This document shows, piece after piece, positions 20,337-31,795 of a stretch of 64,000 bases of DNA (positions are counted from its first letter, which is position 1; every line of letters begins with the position of its first letter). The notes below the pieces were generated by a model. That model was not told the origin of the DNA. It saw nothing but the letters and a program-made list of their open reading frames with translations, and did no database searches. Made by a program: the position numbers and the translations under genes. Source of the DNA: Thermococcus sp. JdFR-02 (GTDB lineage Archaea; Methanobacteriota_B; Thermococci; Thermococcales; Thermococcaceae); assembly GCA_002009975.1 (NCBI GenBank), contig MTLP01000032.1:1-64000 (forward strand), written 5' to 3'.

Positions 20337-20887
20337 CCCTCTTCCACTTTTTCACAAAACTCATTCCCAAATAACTCCTCCAAAAAAAGCTTAACCCTTT
20401 TCCTTGGTAACTTAAACTGCCTTATTTTCACAATCCCCTTTTCTTGAGCTTCTTTTAGCAAAATCTCTGTAGCTTCATTTGGATATATTTCCTCATAAAC
20501 GATTTCTTTGATTCCAGCATTTATGACAAGCTTAAAGCAGGTATCACAGGGAAAGTGTGTGACGTAAAGAGTAGCACCTTCCAAGCTTATTCCCTTGCGA
20601 GCAGCCATTGCAATAACGTTTTGTTCTGCGTGAACAGCCCTATGACAATGCCCATCAACTATTAAACATCCAACATCAATACAGTGTTCCATACCCCTTG
20701 GGGCTCCATTATATCCAGTGGCTAGGATATAGCCATCCTTAACGGCAACTGCTCCTACTCTTAAGCGAGGACAAGTAGCTCTTAAGCCAACGAGCTTTGC
20801 TATTAGCATGAAATACTCGTCCTTTGTGGGTCTTATCTTTTTTATCCTTTCTGCCTTTTCTTTGTCTAAGAAGATTTCAACAACCAC
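20333..20887 (-). CDS. dCMP deaminase family protein
   Basis: HAEQN, PCDTC, GYNG. Confidence 0.92.
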   Translation of the reverse strand: MVVEIFLDKEKAERIKKIRPTKDEYFMLIAKLVGLRATCPRLRVGAVAVKDGYILATGYNGAPRGMEHCIDVGCLIVDGHCHRAVHAEQNVIAMAARKGISLEGATLYVTHFPCDTCFKLVINAGIKEIVYEEIYPNEATEILLKEAQEKGIVKIRQFKLPRKRVKLFLEELFGNEFCEKVEEG

Positions 20888-20942
20888 TTTCTCACCTCAA
20901 GAAGTTAGCATTACAACATTTATAGAATTTTTGGAACATAAT

Positions 20943-21722
20943 TCACTTCAAGTTATCCAGCAACTCCACGGCTTCAATCTCTACTAAAATTCTCAAGATC
21001 CTTTCATCATAACTTGGATGTGTAGTCATGAAACTTTTCTTCTGCTTTCTTTCAATGTTTGGCTCGATTCCCGGTAATGCACTTTCTTTAACAGTTATTC
21101 TCAAATCTTCGTAATATTTAAGCTCCTCAAGGGCATCTTTAAGATTGAATGGTCTGTCAAGTAAATAAAGCGCAGTTTCATCAGCCCTAAACTCCCTCTT
21201 TTTGAAGAAATTAACTCTTTCAATCTCATAGAGCACATAAAGAATTAATGAAACAAAAATAGCAAATTTGTGGTGGGAAAATAGAGAAGTTACAGCAACT
21301 AAAAACAGCATTAAGTATCTCCCATAAGCTACCATTGGGAATAAAATGGTGTCCCCATTCTTTATGTGTCCAATTTCATGTGCAGCGACTCCCAATATTT
21401 CATTCTCACTGAGAACTTCAAAAAGACCAAGGGATAAAACCAGTGAATTTCTAAATGAATAGGCATTTGGGATATAATCGTCTAGGATATATATGTTGGG
21501 CATGCTAATTCCCGCTCTATATGACATCTTTGCCACTGCATCATAGAGCCAAGGCATTTCCTCCCATTTAAGCTTTGAATAGTTTTTCTTAAGGCTGTTT
21601 TTTGTAATCCAAAGATATATTATAACAAGAGCTATACTTAAGCCTAATGTAACGAATAATCCCCATTTACCGAGGTATAAAATCGCTATCAGCACTTGGG
21701 CTAAAACAATAAATTTTAACAT
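20943..21722 (-). CDS. M48-family (HtpX-like) membrane metalloprotease
   Basis: PNAY, HEIGH, EFRAD, THPS. Confidence 0.9.
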   Translation of the reverse strand: MLKFIVLAQVLIAILYLGKWGLFVTLGLSIALVIIYLWITKNSLKKNYSKLKWEEMPWLYDAVAKMSYRAGISMPNIYILDDYIPNAYSFRNSLVLSLGLFEVLSENEILGVAAHEIGHIKNGDTILFPMVAYGRYLMLFLVAVTSLFSHHKFAIFVSLILYVLYEIERVNFFKKREFRADETALYLLDRPFNLKDALEELKYYEDLRITVKESALPGIEPNIERKQKKSFMTTHPSYDERILRILVEIEAVELLDNLK

Positions 21723-21728
21723 AATCTA

Positions 21729-22094
21729 TCACTTCTTTATCTTAGAGAGATATGCAAATGTCGCCTCCTTAAAGTTGCTCATTAAGGCATTCAAAATGCT
21801 CTCGACAATCTTCTTCTCAAAATCCTCCCTTGTTGTTGTAATGCTGTAAACGTATCTCATTCCTCCCCTTCCTGTTTCCACACTCCTCTCTAAAAGCCCC
21901 CTTTCACATAGACGATTCATTAATATGCTGACTGTAGAGCGCCTTAAATCCTTATGGTTCTTCTTCAACTGTTCATAAACTTCTCCAGCTGTTGCAACTT
22001 TTACCTTCCACATATACTCCATAATCTCAGCTTCTAATGGGGGCAACACAGCTTTAAGACCTTCCGCATTAAGCTTAAATTCATGAGGTTCCAT
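21729..22094 (-). CDS. BlaI/MecI/CopY family transcriptional regulator
   Basis: LEAEIMEYMW and STVSILMNRLCERGLL wHTH. Confidence 0.88.
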   Translation of the reverse strand: MEPHEFKLNAEGLKAVLPPLEAEIMEYMWKVKVATAGEVYEQLKKNHKDLRRSTVSILMNRLCERGLLERSVETGRGGMRYVYSITTTREDFEKKIVESILNALMSNFKEATFAYLSKIKK

Positions 22095-22187
22095 AGCTTA
22101 TCACGCTCCTAAAGTTTGTTTTGCAATGAAATTAAATAAGTTTTGTGCTTATAGTGATATTCCAAAAAAGTTTGTCATTTTGTCAAT

Positions 22188-22275
22188 TGGTGCGGGGGGC
22201 GGGATTTGAACCCGCGAACCGCTACCGGACGGGACCCTGAATCCCGCGCCTTTGACCAGGCTCGGCAACCCCCGC
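22188..22275 (-). tRNA. tRNA-Leu(CAG)
   Basis: Reverse complement GCGGGGGTTGCCGAGCCTGGTCAAAGGCG...TTCAAATCCCGCCCCCCGCACCA. Anticodon loop TT-CAG-GG, long variable arm, encoded CCA. Confidence 0.97.
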
Positions 22276-22317
22276 TCGAAATTAAATGCTACCCGTTGAT
22301 TATTTAAGGTTTACTAA

Positions 22318-23424
<1,107 letters not shown>

Positions 23425-23433
23425 GGTGATTTT

Positions 23434-24513
23434 ATGCATGCTTTAATATTCCACGCGAACTTGCAGTATGCTGAAATTCCAAAAAGTGAAATTTCACGGG
23501 TGATTGACAAATCATACACCCCAACCATTAATAAGCTCTTAAAGAATGAAGTGCCGTTTGCCTTGAACATAACAGGGTTCTCCCTTCAATTTCTGCCAAA
23601 TTCGTTAATAGAAACGATAAAAGAAGGAATAGAGAGCAATTTGATCGAGATTACTGGAACAGCTTTTACACATGCAATTTTGCCCCTTTTGCCTTTAGAG
23701 AGGATTGAAGCTCAAATTGTTAAGGACAGAGAGACAAAGGAAGGAGTTCTCGAAGTATCTCCAAAGAATTTTTGGCTTCCAGAGTTAGCTTACGATCCAG
23801 TAATTCCTGCTATTTTGAAGGATAACGGTTACGATGAAGTATTTATTGACGGAGAAGCTATACTCTTCTCAAACATTCCAAACACCGCTATAAAAACCAT
23901 CAAACCTCTCTATCCCCACTTGATAAAAGCTCAAAGGGGTAAAAAGCCGATTTATTTAAACTATCTTTTGGGCTTAAGAGAGCTCAAAAATGCCATAAAA
24001 CTGGTATTTGAAGGGAAGATTATTCTTGAGGGAGTTAAAGAGATAGTCGGAATTCCTGTGTGGGTGGCTATAAACACGGCTGTCATGCTCGGAGTTGGTG
24101 GCTTTCCATTAATGAGCATCAAAAAAGTAGCGAACTGGATTAAAGGACTGGACAATATTATCCTCTATGGCACAGATTTAGAGTTTTATGGATATAGAGA
24201 TATTGCAGGCTATATTTTAAAAATTGAGAGACTTTTGAAGCTTATAGAGGAGCTTAATGCTGAGATAGTTTTCCCAAGCAAATTAAAACTCAACAAAAAG
24301 CGTTTTTATTTAAAAACCTGTAGCTGGGCACCGGATAAAAGCTTAGACCTCTGGAGGAAAGATGAAGATAATAGAAGGTTAAATGAGCTTTCTTGGGAAA
24401 TACACTCTTTCTTAGCTGAAAATAGTGATGCCCGAGGATGGGAGCCTTTACATGAGCGTAGATTAGATGCTTTTAAAGCCATTTATAAAGCTTGGAGGGA
24501 GAAAAATGGATAA
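23434..24513 (+). CDS. GH57 alpha-galactosidase (Pyrococcus GalA type)
   Basis: HANLQYAE, WLPELAY, GTDLEF, SWAPD, AENSDARGWEP; follows galK. Confidence 0.88.
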   Translation: MHALIFHANLQYAEIPKSEISRVIDKSYTPTINKLLKNEVPFALNITGFSLQFLPNSLIETIKEGIESNLIEITGTAFTHAILPLLPLERIEAQIVKDRETKEGVLEVSPKNFWLPELAYDPVIPAILKDNGYDEVFIDGEAILFSNIPNTAIKTIKPLYPHLIKAQRGKKPIYLNYLLGLRELKNAIKLVFEGKIILEGVKEIVGIPVWVAINTAVMLGVGGFPLMSIKKVANWIKGLDNIILYGTDLEFYGYRDIAGYILKIERLLKLIEELNAEIVFPSKLKLNKKRFYLKTCSWAPDKSLDLWRKDEDNRRLNELSWEIHSFLAENSDARGWEPLHERRLDAFKAIYKAWREKNG

Positions 24514-25849
24514 ACTAAGGAGAAAATTCTCCATAGTTTTGTTAGTTTTGATGGCTGCTTTTTTAATGGCTGACCAAAATCTTTTACCTCCAAATTACCA
24601 GCAGATAATGCAAGAATTCGGGATCAGCGAAACTCAAATGGGTTTTGTTTCCACAATTTTTGTCGCTACGAGTGCTTTGATAACACTAATTTGGGGCTTT
24701 CTCTCTGATATTGGAAGGAGAAAAAAGCTACTTGTCATTGGAGTCCTTATTGGAGAAATACCCTGCTTTTTAACCGCTTTTGTCCAAAACTATTGGCAGC
24801 TTTTACTTATGCGCTTTTTCACTGGAATTGGCGTTGGTTCAATAATCCCAATTGGATATTCCCTCATAGCAGATATGTTTGAGGAAGAAAAGCGTGGAAG
24901 AGGATACGCATACATACAAACAGCTTTTGGTTTTGGAACGCTCTTTGGAATGATAATAGCGGGATTAATTGTAAGCTGGAGACCTCCCTTCATAATAGCA
25001 TCGGTTCCAAACTTTATATTGGCTCCCCTATTCTACATTATAGCTGAAGAGCCTAAAAGAGGAGAGGGAGAAAAAGTTCTAAGAGAGGTTCTTGAAAAGG
25101 GCTATGAATACACATACAAGCTTTCACGCGAAGCCGTTAAAAAATCCTTTCAAACCAAAACCAACATTCTAATTTTTATTCAGGGACTCTTTGGAACGGT
25201 CCCTTGGGGAGTTTTGCTTTACTGGCTCGTTTCCTTTTTAATTGTTGCTAGAGGAATGGCAAAAGATACAGCAACCTTTGTTTTATTGATACTTGGTATA
25301 GCAACCATAGTTGGCACTCTCGTTGGAGGCTTTGCTGGAGATTATTTTGAAAAGAAAATGAAAGGAGGAAGAGCAGTTTTAACAGGTTTGGCAATATTCT
25401 TAGGAATGCTGGCAGCAATTGGGATTGTAGTTTATCCTCTACCAAGCACTTTAAGTCTTAGGGGTTGGATAGTGCTAACTTTGTACTCAATACTCTTCCT
25501 TCAACTTGTAACATTTGCAGGACCTAACGTTACCGCCATCATATCCCAAGTAAACCTGCCAGAAGATAGAGGAACAGTTTTTGGAGTCTTCAATATCCTA
25601 GACAACGTTGGAAAAGCTCTGGGACCCTTATTTGGAGGATTTTTAATTGAAGCACTGAGAAATTCTGGCTATCCAAACACATTAGCCTATGAATATGCAT
25701 TAATAATAGGCTCTCTCTTCTGGATACCATGTGCATTAGTTTGGGTCTGGCTTAGAAAGCAGTATCCTGAGGATAGGAGCAAGATTCAGGAAATTTTGAA
25801 AGAAAGGGCGGAAAAGATTTTGAGGGGTGAGAAAAATGATGCCCTTTGA
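24506..25849 (+). CDS. MFS sugar transporter
   Basis: ADQNLLPP, GFLSDIGRRK, about 12 TM segments. Confidence 0.9.
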   Translation: MDKLRRKFSIVLLVLMAAFLMADQNLLPPNYQQIMQEFGISETQMGFVSTIFVATSALITLIWGFLSDIGRRKKLLVIGVLIGEIPCFLTAFVQNYWQLLLMRFFTGIGVGSIIPIGYSLIADMFEEEKRGRGYAYIQTAFGFGTLFGMIIAGLIVSWRPPFIIASVPNFILAPLFYIIAEEPKRGEGEKVLREVLEKGYEYTYKLSREAVKKSFQTKTNILIFIQGLFGTVPWGVLLYWLVSFLIVARGMAKDTATFVLLILGIATIVGTLVGGFAGDYFEKKMKGGRAVLTGLAIFLGMLAAIGIVVYPLPSTLSLRGWIVLTLYSILFLQLVTFAGPNVTAIISQVNLPEDRGTVFGVFNILDNVGKALGPLFGGFLIEALRNSGYPNTLAYEYALIIGSLFWIPCALVWVWLRKQYPEDRSKIQEILKERAEKILRGEKNDAL

Positions 25850-26660
25850 GATGTTCAACAAAATGCTCGGAAGCTTAAATGAGAGAGATGCGCTTAGAGT
25901 GTTAATTCAAAAGTTTCTAGGAGTTGATCTAAACGAACCATTTAAAGATGTTAAAAAGATCCTCTGTATTCAACCTCATCCAGATGATTGTGAAGTAGCT
26001 ATAGGCGGGATGTTAGCCAAGCTTTCCTTCGAAGGTAAAGAAATAGTTTATTTAACTCTAACAGATGGCTCCATGGGAACCCACAATTTAGACTTTTCTC
26101 CGCAAGAGCTTGCAAAGATTAGGAAAGAAGAACAGGAAAGAGCTGCAAAGGTCATTGGAGTTAAAAAGCTCTTATGGTTTGACTATAAGGATACAGAGCT
26201 GCCTTATTCCTTAGAGGTTAGAAACAAGATAATAAGCGTAATTAGAGAAGAAAAACCAGATATTGTTTTAGCACCCGATCCTTGGCTTTCCTATGAAGTT
26301 CATCCTGATCATAAAAATGCTGGATTGTTAGCTTTGGAAGCATCTTTCTTTGCTTCATTTCCTCACATAAATAGAGAAGACTTGGAAAAGGGGCTTTTAC
26401 CCTATGATGTCCCTCTTGTCGGTCTTTACTACACCTCGAAACCCAATTACATAGAAGATGTCACAGACTTTTTCGATATTAAGCTCAAAGCTCTAAGAGA
26501 GCATAAAAGCCAATTTGAAAAGAATTGGCAGCAATGGGAAGTTTTCTTTAAAACCGTTGCAATGTTCTATGGGAAAAAGATAAATGCTTTCTATGGAGAG
26601 GGGATCAAGATTCTTCCCAAACTTTTGATTCACGTAACCCCATTTGCAGAGGTGATTTAA
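25836..26660 (+). CDS. PIG-L/LmbE family de-N-acetylase, diacetylchitobiose deacetylase (Dac)-like
   Basis: PHPDD, TDG, HPDH, HKSQF and a Dac-like C-terminus HVTPFAE. Confidence 0.88.
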   Translation: MMPFEMFNKMLGSLNERDALRVLIQKFLGVDLNEPFKDVKKILCIQPHPDDCEVAIGGMLAKLSFEGKEIVYLTLTDGSMGTHNLDFSPQELAKIRKEEQERAAKVIGVKKLLWFDYKDTELPYSLEVRNKIISVIREEKPDIVLAPDPWLSYEVHPDHKNAGLLALEASFFASFPHINREDLEKGLLPYDVPLVGLYYTSKPNYIEDVTDFFDIKLKALREHKSQFEKNWQQWEVFFKTVAMFYGKKINAFYGEGIKILPKLLIHVTPFAEVI

Positions 26661-27970
26661 TGAGAATAGCCTTCATAGGTGCTGGAAGCATTTTTACACC
26701 TCTAGCCTTATACACCATTTCCACAAGCGAAATTCTTTCTAAAGCAGAAATTTATCTAATTGATGTTAACGAGGAAAGGTTAAAGTTTATTGAAGCCGTT
26801 GGAAAGAAAATAGCCAAAACTTTCAAAAAAGAGCTTAAAATTGAGACTTTTCAAGATGTTAAAGCACTTAACAAGATGGGTGTTGATTATGCTGTGATCT
26901 CAGTTGAAAAAGAAAGATATAAGCGATGGAAGTTAGACTTTGAAATTCCGCACAAATATGGAATCAAACAGGTTTTAGGTGAAAATGGAGGTTTAGGTGG
27001 ACTAAGTCACACTTTGAGAGTTGTTCCTTTAGTTTTAGACGTTGCAAAAGCTATTGAAGATGCTGACAAAGATGCCCATGTTTTCATCTACTCAAATCCA
27101 GAACCGAGAGTTGCTTATGCCGTAAATGAATACACAAAACTTAAGCACGTTTATGGGCTTTGCACTGGTTATTTAGAGAGGAAAGAAAGCTTAGCAGGGC
27201 TTTTTGGAGTCAAGCAAGATGAAATAAGCTTTATCGCCGCTGGACTGAATCATTTTACTTGGATTAAAGAATTGAAAGTCAAAGATAAAGATGGTTATCT
27301 CCTGCTTGAGGAGAAACTTAAGGAAAAGCCAGATTTTGAACCACTATCACAGCTTCTTTACAAGGTTTTTAACTTATATCCCTCACCAAGCGATAATCAT
27401 GTCGGTGAATATCTGCCCTTTGCTTGGGAATTAGTACCTGAAGAAAAGAAAGGCTTGAAATGGATTGAGCGGACAAAAAAGGAAGGTGAGACCATTAGAA
27501 AACTATTGAAAGGATTTTTAAAAGGAATTATACCAAAATTTGCCTTCCAAAAGTTCATTCAAAATCCAGATGTGGCTATGAGCATAATTGAGGGGCTTGA
27601 AGGAAAAGAGAAGTTCCAAGAGGCAATAAATGTCCCAAATGATGGTTTAATTGAAGGTTTGCCAAGAGAAGCAATAGTAGAGATTCCAGCCAAAGTATCG
27701 CCCAAAGGGATAAAGCCAATTAAAGTTGAGCTTCCAAAAGAGATTACAGCTCTCCTGAGAGTTCAAGCTGAAATTCAGATGCTATCAAGTGAAGCCGCTG
27801 TAGAAGGGAGCATAGAAAAAGTTGCAAAAGCTGTTCTCTTAGACCCTGTGATGAACAATGCTAAAAATGGGCTTTTAGCAATGGCTGAGCTGATGAAAGT
27901 TCACTCAGATGCTTTACCTCAATTTAAAGAGAGCGATGTGGGAGAGCTTGAAAGATTATCCAATATTTAG
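26660..27970 (+). CDS. GH4 NAD+/Mn2+-dependent alpha-glycosidase, specificity unknown
   Basis: IGAGS, GENGGLGG, SNPE, GLC, GLNHF, VEIPA, LLDP. Confidence 0.88.
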   Translation: MRIAFIGAGSIFTPLALYTISTSEILSKAEIYLIDVNEERLKFIEAVGKKIAKTFKKELKIETFQDVKALNKMGVDYAVISVEKERYKRWKLDFEIPHKYGIKQVLGENGGLGGLSHTLRVVPLVLDVAKAIEDADKDAHVFIYSNPEPRVAYAVNEYTKLKHVYGLCTGYLERKESLAGLFGVKQDEISFIAAGLNHFTWIKELKVKDKDGYLLLEEKLKEKPDFEPLSQLLYKVFNLYPSPSDNHVGEYLPFAWELVPEEKKGLKWIERTKKEGETIRKLLKGFLKGIIPKFAFQKFIQNPDVAMSIIEGLEGKEKFQEAINVPNDGLIEGLPREAIVEIPAKVSPKGIKPIKVELPKEITALLRVQAEIQMLSSEAAVEGSIEKVAKAVLLDPVMNNAKNGLLAMAELMKVHSDALPQFKESDVGELERLSNI

Positions 27971-28054
27971 GAGCCATCTCCAAATGGGCACAAACTGAAT
28001 TTACCTTCCATTGATTTTTTCTTTTATTTCTTCAAGCTCTACACTCTCACCAAT

Positions 28055-28110
28055 GTGTCTTATTGGACTAAGACATATTCAAGAATTTTTGTCTTAGTTG
28101 AGTGGGACAC
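28055..28110 (+). repeat. Long imperfect inverted repeat between convergent GH4 and GH1 genes
   Basis: GTGTCTTATTGGACTAAGACA-n14-TGTCTTAGTTGAGTGGGACAC, 20 of 21 pairs when G-U is counted. Confidence 0.6.
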
Positions 28111-28157
28111 TTTGTAGCAGAGTTGCTGTTCAAAAAGTTAAAGAGAACCTTCTTAGA

Positions 28158-29420
28158 TTATAGTTCCAATCCATACCTCCCAACCAGTTCATCGCTTATT
28201 ATTTTTCTCTCTGCTATTTCCCCATAAACGTGAGCACTCTTTCTTGGTTTTCTCTCAAAGGTTTCAAAGTTGACCTCAACCAATCCAAATCTCGGCTCAA
28301 ATCCTTCAGCCCATTCAAAGTTGTCCATGAAAGACCAATAGAAATAACCTCTAACGTCATAGCCCTCACTTAAGGCTTTATGAACGTACTGCAAATGCTG
28401 AATTATAAACTCTATTCTCCATTCATCGTCAAGAGTTGCTATTCCGTTTTCCGTTATATAAATCGGCTTTTCATAGCGGTCTTGAACCCTTGTTACTGCT
28501 TCATAAATTCCCTTAGGATAGACACTCCAGCCCATTAACGTTTTTCTCTTACTTAGATCAGCTAAGCTTACTTCTAAAAAGAGGTTAAATGGATTCCAAG
28601 AGTGCTTAATCTCATGAACTGTATAATAGTTAATCCCAATAAAATCAACATCACTCTTAGGAACTTTGTAAGTTTTTATAGGCGTCCTAACTTTGCCGCT
28701 CCAGATTGCATCTAAAAAGTACCAGTTGAAAAGGTTGTCTGCTTTTTCCTTAGCTTTAATATCTGCTTTGCTTTCACTTGCAGGTTTCATAATTGGAATA
28801 TTCTTCACAATACCAACTTGAACTTTTTTGGACTTTAAGATCTCGTAAGCAATCGCATGTGCCCTTAAAAGATTTGCCTCAATTTTGCCAGCCCTTAAGG
28901 GATTCCTAATGAAAGGGGGCCAGTAACCTTGAATATATCCTGTAGTTACATAAACCATTGGCTCGTTAAAAGTTGCAAAGAGATTAACACCTTTTAGCTC
29001 TGCGATGCTTTCAACATATTTCTCCCAATACTTCAAGTTCTCCTCCTTTGCAAAGCCCCCTTTTTTCATAAACCACAGCGGGCTCGTAAAATGATGTAAA
29101 GTGATCATTGGAACAATATTATTCTCGTTAAGCAAATTAACGATTTCTTGATACCTTTGTATTGCTTCTTCGTTTATTTCGTTCTCTCTCGGAAAAATTC
29201 TGCTCCACTCAATAGAAAAGCGGTAAGCATTGTAGTTGAGCTCTGTCATAAGCTTAATATCCTCCCTATAAAGCTCCCAGTGATTGCAGGCTTTTCCAGA
29301 TTTGTACTTTAATTTTCCGCTTTGCTCATAGAACCACCAGTCGTTGTGAATGTTGTCCCCCTCAACTTGGTGTGAAGATGTTGCAGTACCAAAGAGAAAG
29401 TTATCTGGAAACTTAAGCAT
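28158..29420 (-). CDS. GH1 beta-glycosidase
   Basis: FLFGTATSSHQVEG, TFNEP acid/base, ITENG nucleophile, DNFEWAEG. Confidence 0.95.
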   Translation of the reverse strand: MLKFPDNFLFGTATSSHQVEGDNIHNDWWFYEQSGKLKYKSGKACNHWELYREDIKLMTELNYNAYRFSIEWSRIFPRENEINEEAIQRYQEIVNLLNENNIVPMITLHHFTSPLWFMKKGGFAKEENLKYWEKYVESIAELKGVNLFATFNEPMVYVTTGYIQGYWPPFIRNPLRAGKIEANLLRAHAIAYEILKSKKVQVGIVKNIPIMKPASESKADIKAKEKADNLFNWYFLDAIWSGKVRTPIKTYKVPKSDVDFIGINYYTVHEIKHSWNPFNLFLEVSLADLSKRKTLMGWSVYPKGIYEAVTRVQDRYEKPIYITENGIATLDDEWRIEFIIQHLQYVHKALSEGYDVRGYFYWSFMDNFEWAEGFEPRFGLVEVNFETFERKPRKSAHVYGEIAERKIISDELVGRYGLEL

Positions 29421-29472
29421 TTAAGACACCAAGTCTTATATTACTTTAGCTCCAAATTAAAGTTGTGGTAAT

Positions 29473-30456
29473 ATGAGAGAGCTTCGCTATAATCCCCTAA
29501 CAGGTCAATGGATAATGGTTTCAGCTGTTAGGAAGAAAAGACCATGGCGACCAAAAAATTTTTGTCCTTTTTGCCCAGGAAGCGAAGAAACCGGTTATGG
29601 CTGGGAAGTTTTAATTTTACCTAATAAGTTCCCAATGCTTGATTTTAAAGCTAAAAGACCTGAAAGTGATAAATTTTACAAAAAAGCTAGAGCAATTGGA
29701 CAGTGTAGTGTGATTGTAGAAACGCCAGAACACGATTTGAATGATTTAGATGAGCTGTCTCTAGAGCAGATGATTAAGGTTGTGAAGCTTTGGAGAGACA
29801 TAACTCAAAAGTTCATTGAGAATGAGAAAATAGCCTATTTAGCGATTTTCAGAAATAAAGGTGAAGAAATTGGAGTTAGCTTAACCCATCCACACGGACA
29901 GCTCTATGCTTTGCCTTTCATTCCTTTAAAAGCTCGACTAAAGATTGAGAACTCAAGGAAGTACTTTAAGCGATTTAAAGAGTGTCTTTTCTGCAGCATT
30001 TTAGAAGAAGAAAAGAAAGAAAGTGAGCGAATGATTTACGAAAACAGAGGTTTTGTTCTTTTCATGCCCTTCTTCGCAAACTGGACATTTGAGATCCATG
30101 TATACCCAAAAAGACATATCCAGTGGTTCACCCAACTAAATGAGAGAGAGCTTGAAGATCTGGCTGATATTTTAAGAGTGACAACTGGAACCCTAAATGC
30201 CCTTTTCAATGAGCAGATGCCATACGTTATGAACGTCTATCAAGCACCATTTAAGGGAAAATACGATTTCTATCATTTGCATATTGAGTTCTATCCTCTT
30301 TTGAGAGAGAAGGACAAACTAAAGTACGCTGCAGGAATTGAAATGGGAACTTGGGATTTCACATATGACGGTAATCCAGAAGAAAATGCTCAAAAGCTTA
30401 GAGAAGCCTGCAGAAAAATAGTAAAGAGACTAAAAACAAAGGGGAAATGTTACTAA
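29473..30456 (+). CDS. galT: Galactose-1-phosphate uridylyltransferase
   Basis: LRYNPL, CPFCPG, HPHGQ. Confidence 0.95.
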   Translation: MRELRYNPLTGQWIMVSAVRKKRPWRPKNFCPFCPGSEETGYGWEVLILPNKFPMLDFKAKRPESDKFYKKARAIGQCSVIVETPEHDLNDLDELSLEQMIKVVKLWRDITQKFIENEKIAYLAIFRNKGEEIGVSLTHPHGQLYALPFIPLKARLKIENSRKYFKRFKECLFCSILEEEKKESERMIYENRGFVLFMPFFANWTFEIHVYPKRHIQWFTQLNERELEDLADILRVTTGTLNALFNEQMPYVMNVYQAPFKGKYDFYHLHIEFYPLLREKDKLKYAAGIEMGTWDFTYDGNPEENAQKLREACRKIVKRLKTKGKCY

Positions 30457-31748
30457 AACTTCAATCCTGCGCTCTCATTAACTTTTTTCCAATTTCTACC
30501 ATAGAGAAAAGATAACTTTCTAGGCTTTATCTTAGCATTCCACCTCTCTAAGAGATTCTTCTCTTTTTCAAATGCCCATTTTGTTAAGCTGGAGAGTTCT
30601 TCTTTTGCTGCTTCACCTTTTAGGTATCTGTCCCTAACATCGCGCTCCTTTTCAATGATCTTCTTCTGCAATGCATCTCTCTCTTTTGAGAACTCTTCAA
30701 TGTAAGCTCTATAATTCGTTTGGAACTTTCTGTGAAAAGCTTCAAATTGCCACCAGTAGGTGTTGGGATCATACTTGTTTGTGGCTTTTTCTCCCAAATT
30801 TAGCGGTGCTTCGAAATAGAAGGGTTTGAAGATGCTTAAGCACGGAATGGAAGTTCCAGTGAACCAGTGAACTTGAAAGTTCTCAGTTAGCTCAGAAATT
30901 TGTGATGAAGCAGTTTGAGATGGTCTCGTTAAGCCTCCAAAGTGCATGCATATGTCTCGCATTGAACCTTTTTCCGGGTTAAATGGTTCTACTTGATGAG
31001 AGCGTAGAATTTCCATCATATATTCCAAGCTTATCTCTCCTTCCTTCTCCTTAAGTTTCTGGTAGGTAAAAGCCCTCCTTTCCCTTCCATAGGCAAAATG
31101 AGTGTAGAATCTATCGGAAAAATATTTTGCAAAGTTAAAATCTCTCTTCTCCTTAGCTAATTTTTCAACACCCTTAGAAGCTAAATCCCAATTATTGCCA
31201 ATTGTTAAAGCATTGGAAATGCTGTACACGTCTTTAATTTTCTTTGTTACCCAATATTTTCCAGCGGTTTCTAAGACCCATGCTTCCTTAGGATCAGCGA
31301 TTATGAAAGAGTTGTGATAGTAGAGCTTATGCTCGTAACTTCCATTTCCACCTTGCCCATATTCTTCAATAATTGAGATTATGAAATCTAAAGCCTCTTT
31401 TGCCGTCTTCGTTCTCTCTAAAGCCAATCTTATCATGTCCATTCCCAAAATTCCAACCTTTTCATATGGCTCTTTCGTAAAAACAGCAGTATTTCCAATT
31501 ACTAAGCCAAACTCGTTAGCACCCATTTCTGCTCCCCACATCCACCAAGGGCGTGAGAGAATTACTGCATAGGTTTCCTTAACTTGAGGGAATTCAATGT
31601 AAGTGAGCTTAACTTTTTCTTCACTATGCTCTTTTCTTGGAATGAACTCTAAAATTTGGGCTTCATTTGGATCTCTATCACTGTTCTTGGCAAAAATCAT
31701 CTCTCCATTTTCCGTAGCTTTAGGGGTTGCAATAAGAACATCACACAT
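30453..31748 (-). CDS. C69-family dipeptidase (secernin-like)
   Basis: MCD N-terminal nucleophile, AKNSDR, GAEMGANE. Confidence 0.9.
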   Translation of the reverse strand: MCDVLIATPKATENGEMIFAKNSDRDPNEAQILEFIPRKEHSEEKVKLTYIEFPQVKETYAVILSRPWWMWGAEMGANEFGLVIGNTAVFTKEPYEKVGILGMDMIRLALERTKTAKEALDFIISIIEEYGQGGNGSYEHKLYYHNSFIIADPKEAWVLETAGKYWVTKKIKDVYSISNALTIGNNWDLASKGVEKLAKEKRDFNFAKYFSDRFYTHFAYGRERRAFTYQKLKEKEGEISLEYMMEILRSHQVEPFNPEKGSMRDICMHFGGLTRPSQTASSQISELTENFQVHWFTGTSIPCLSIFKPFYFEAPLNLGEKATNKYDPNTYWWQFEAFHRKFQTNYRAYIEEFSKERDALQKKIIEKERDVRDRYLKGEAAKEELSSLTKWAFEKEKNLLERWNAKIKPRKLSFLYGRNWKKVNESAGLKF

Positions 31749-31795
31749 AAGTCACACCAAAGAAAATAGGAAAAACTAAGAAATAATGTTTTCTA

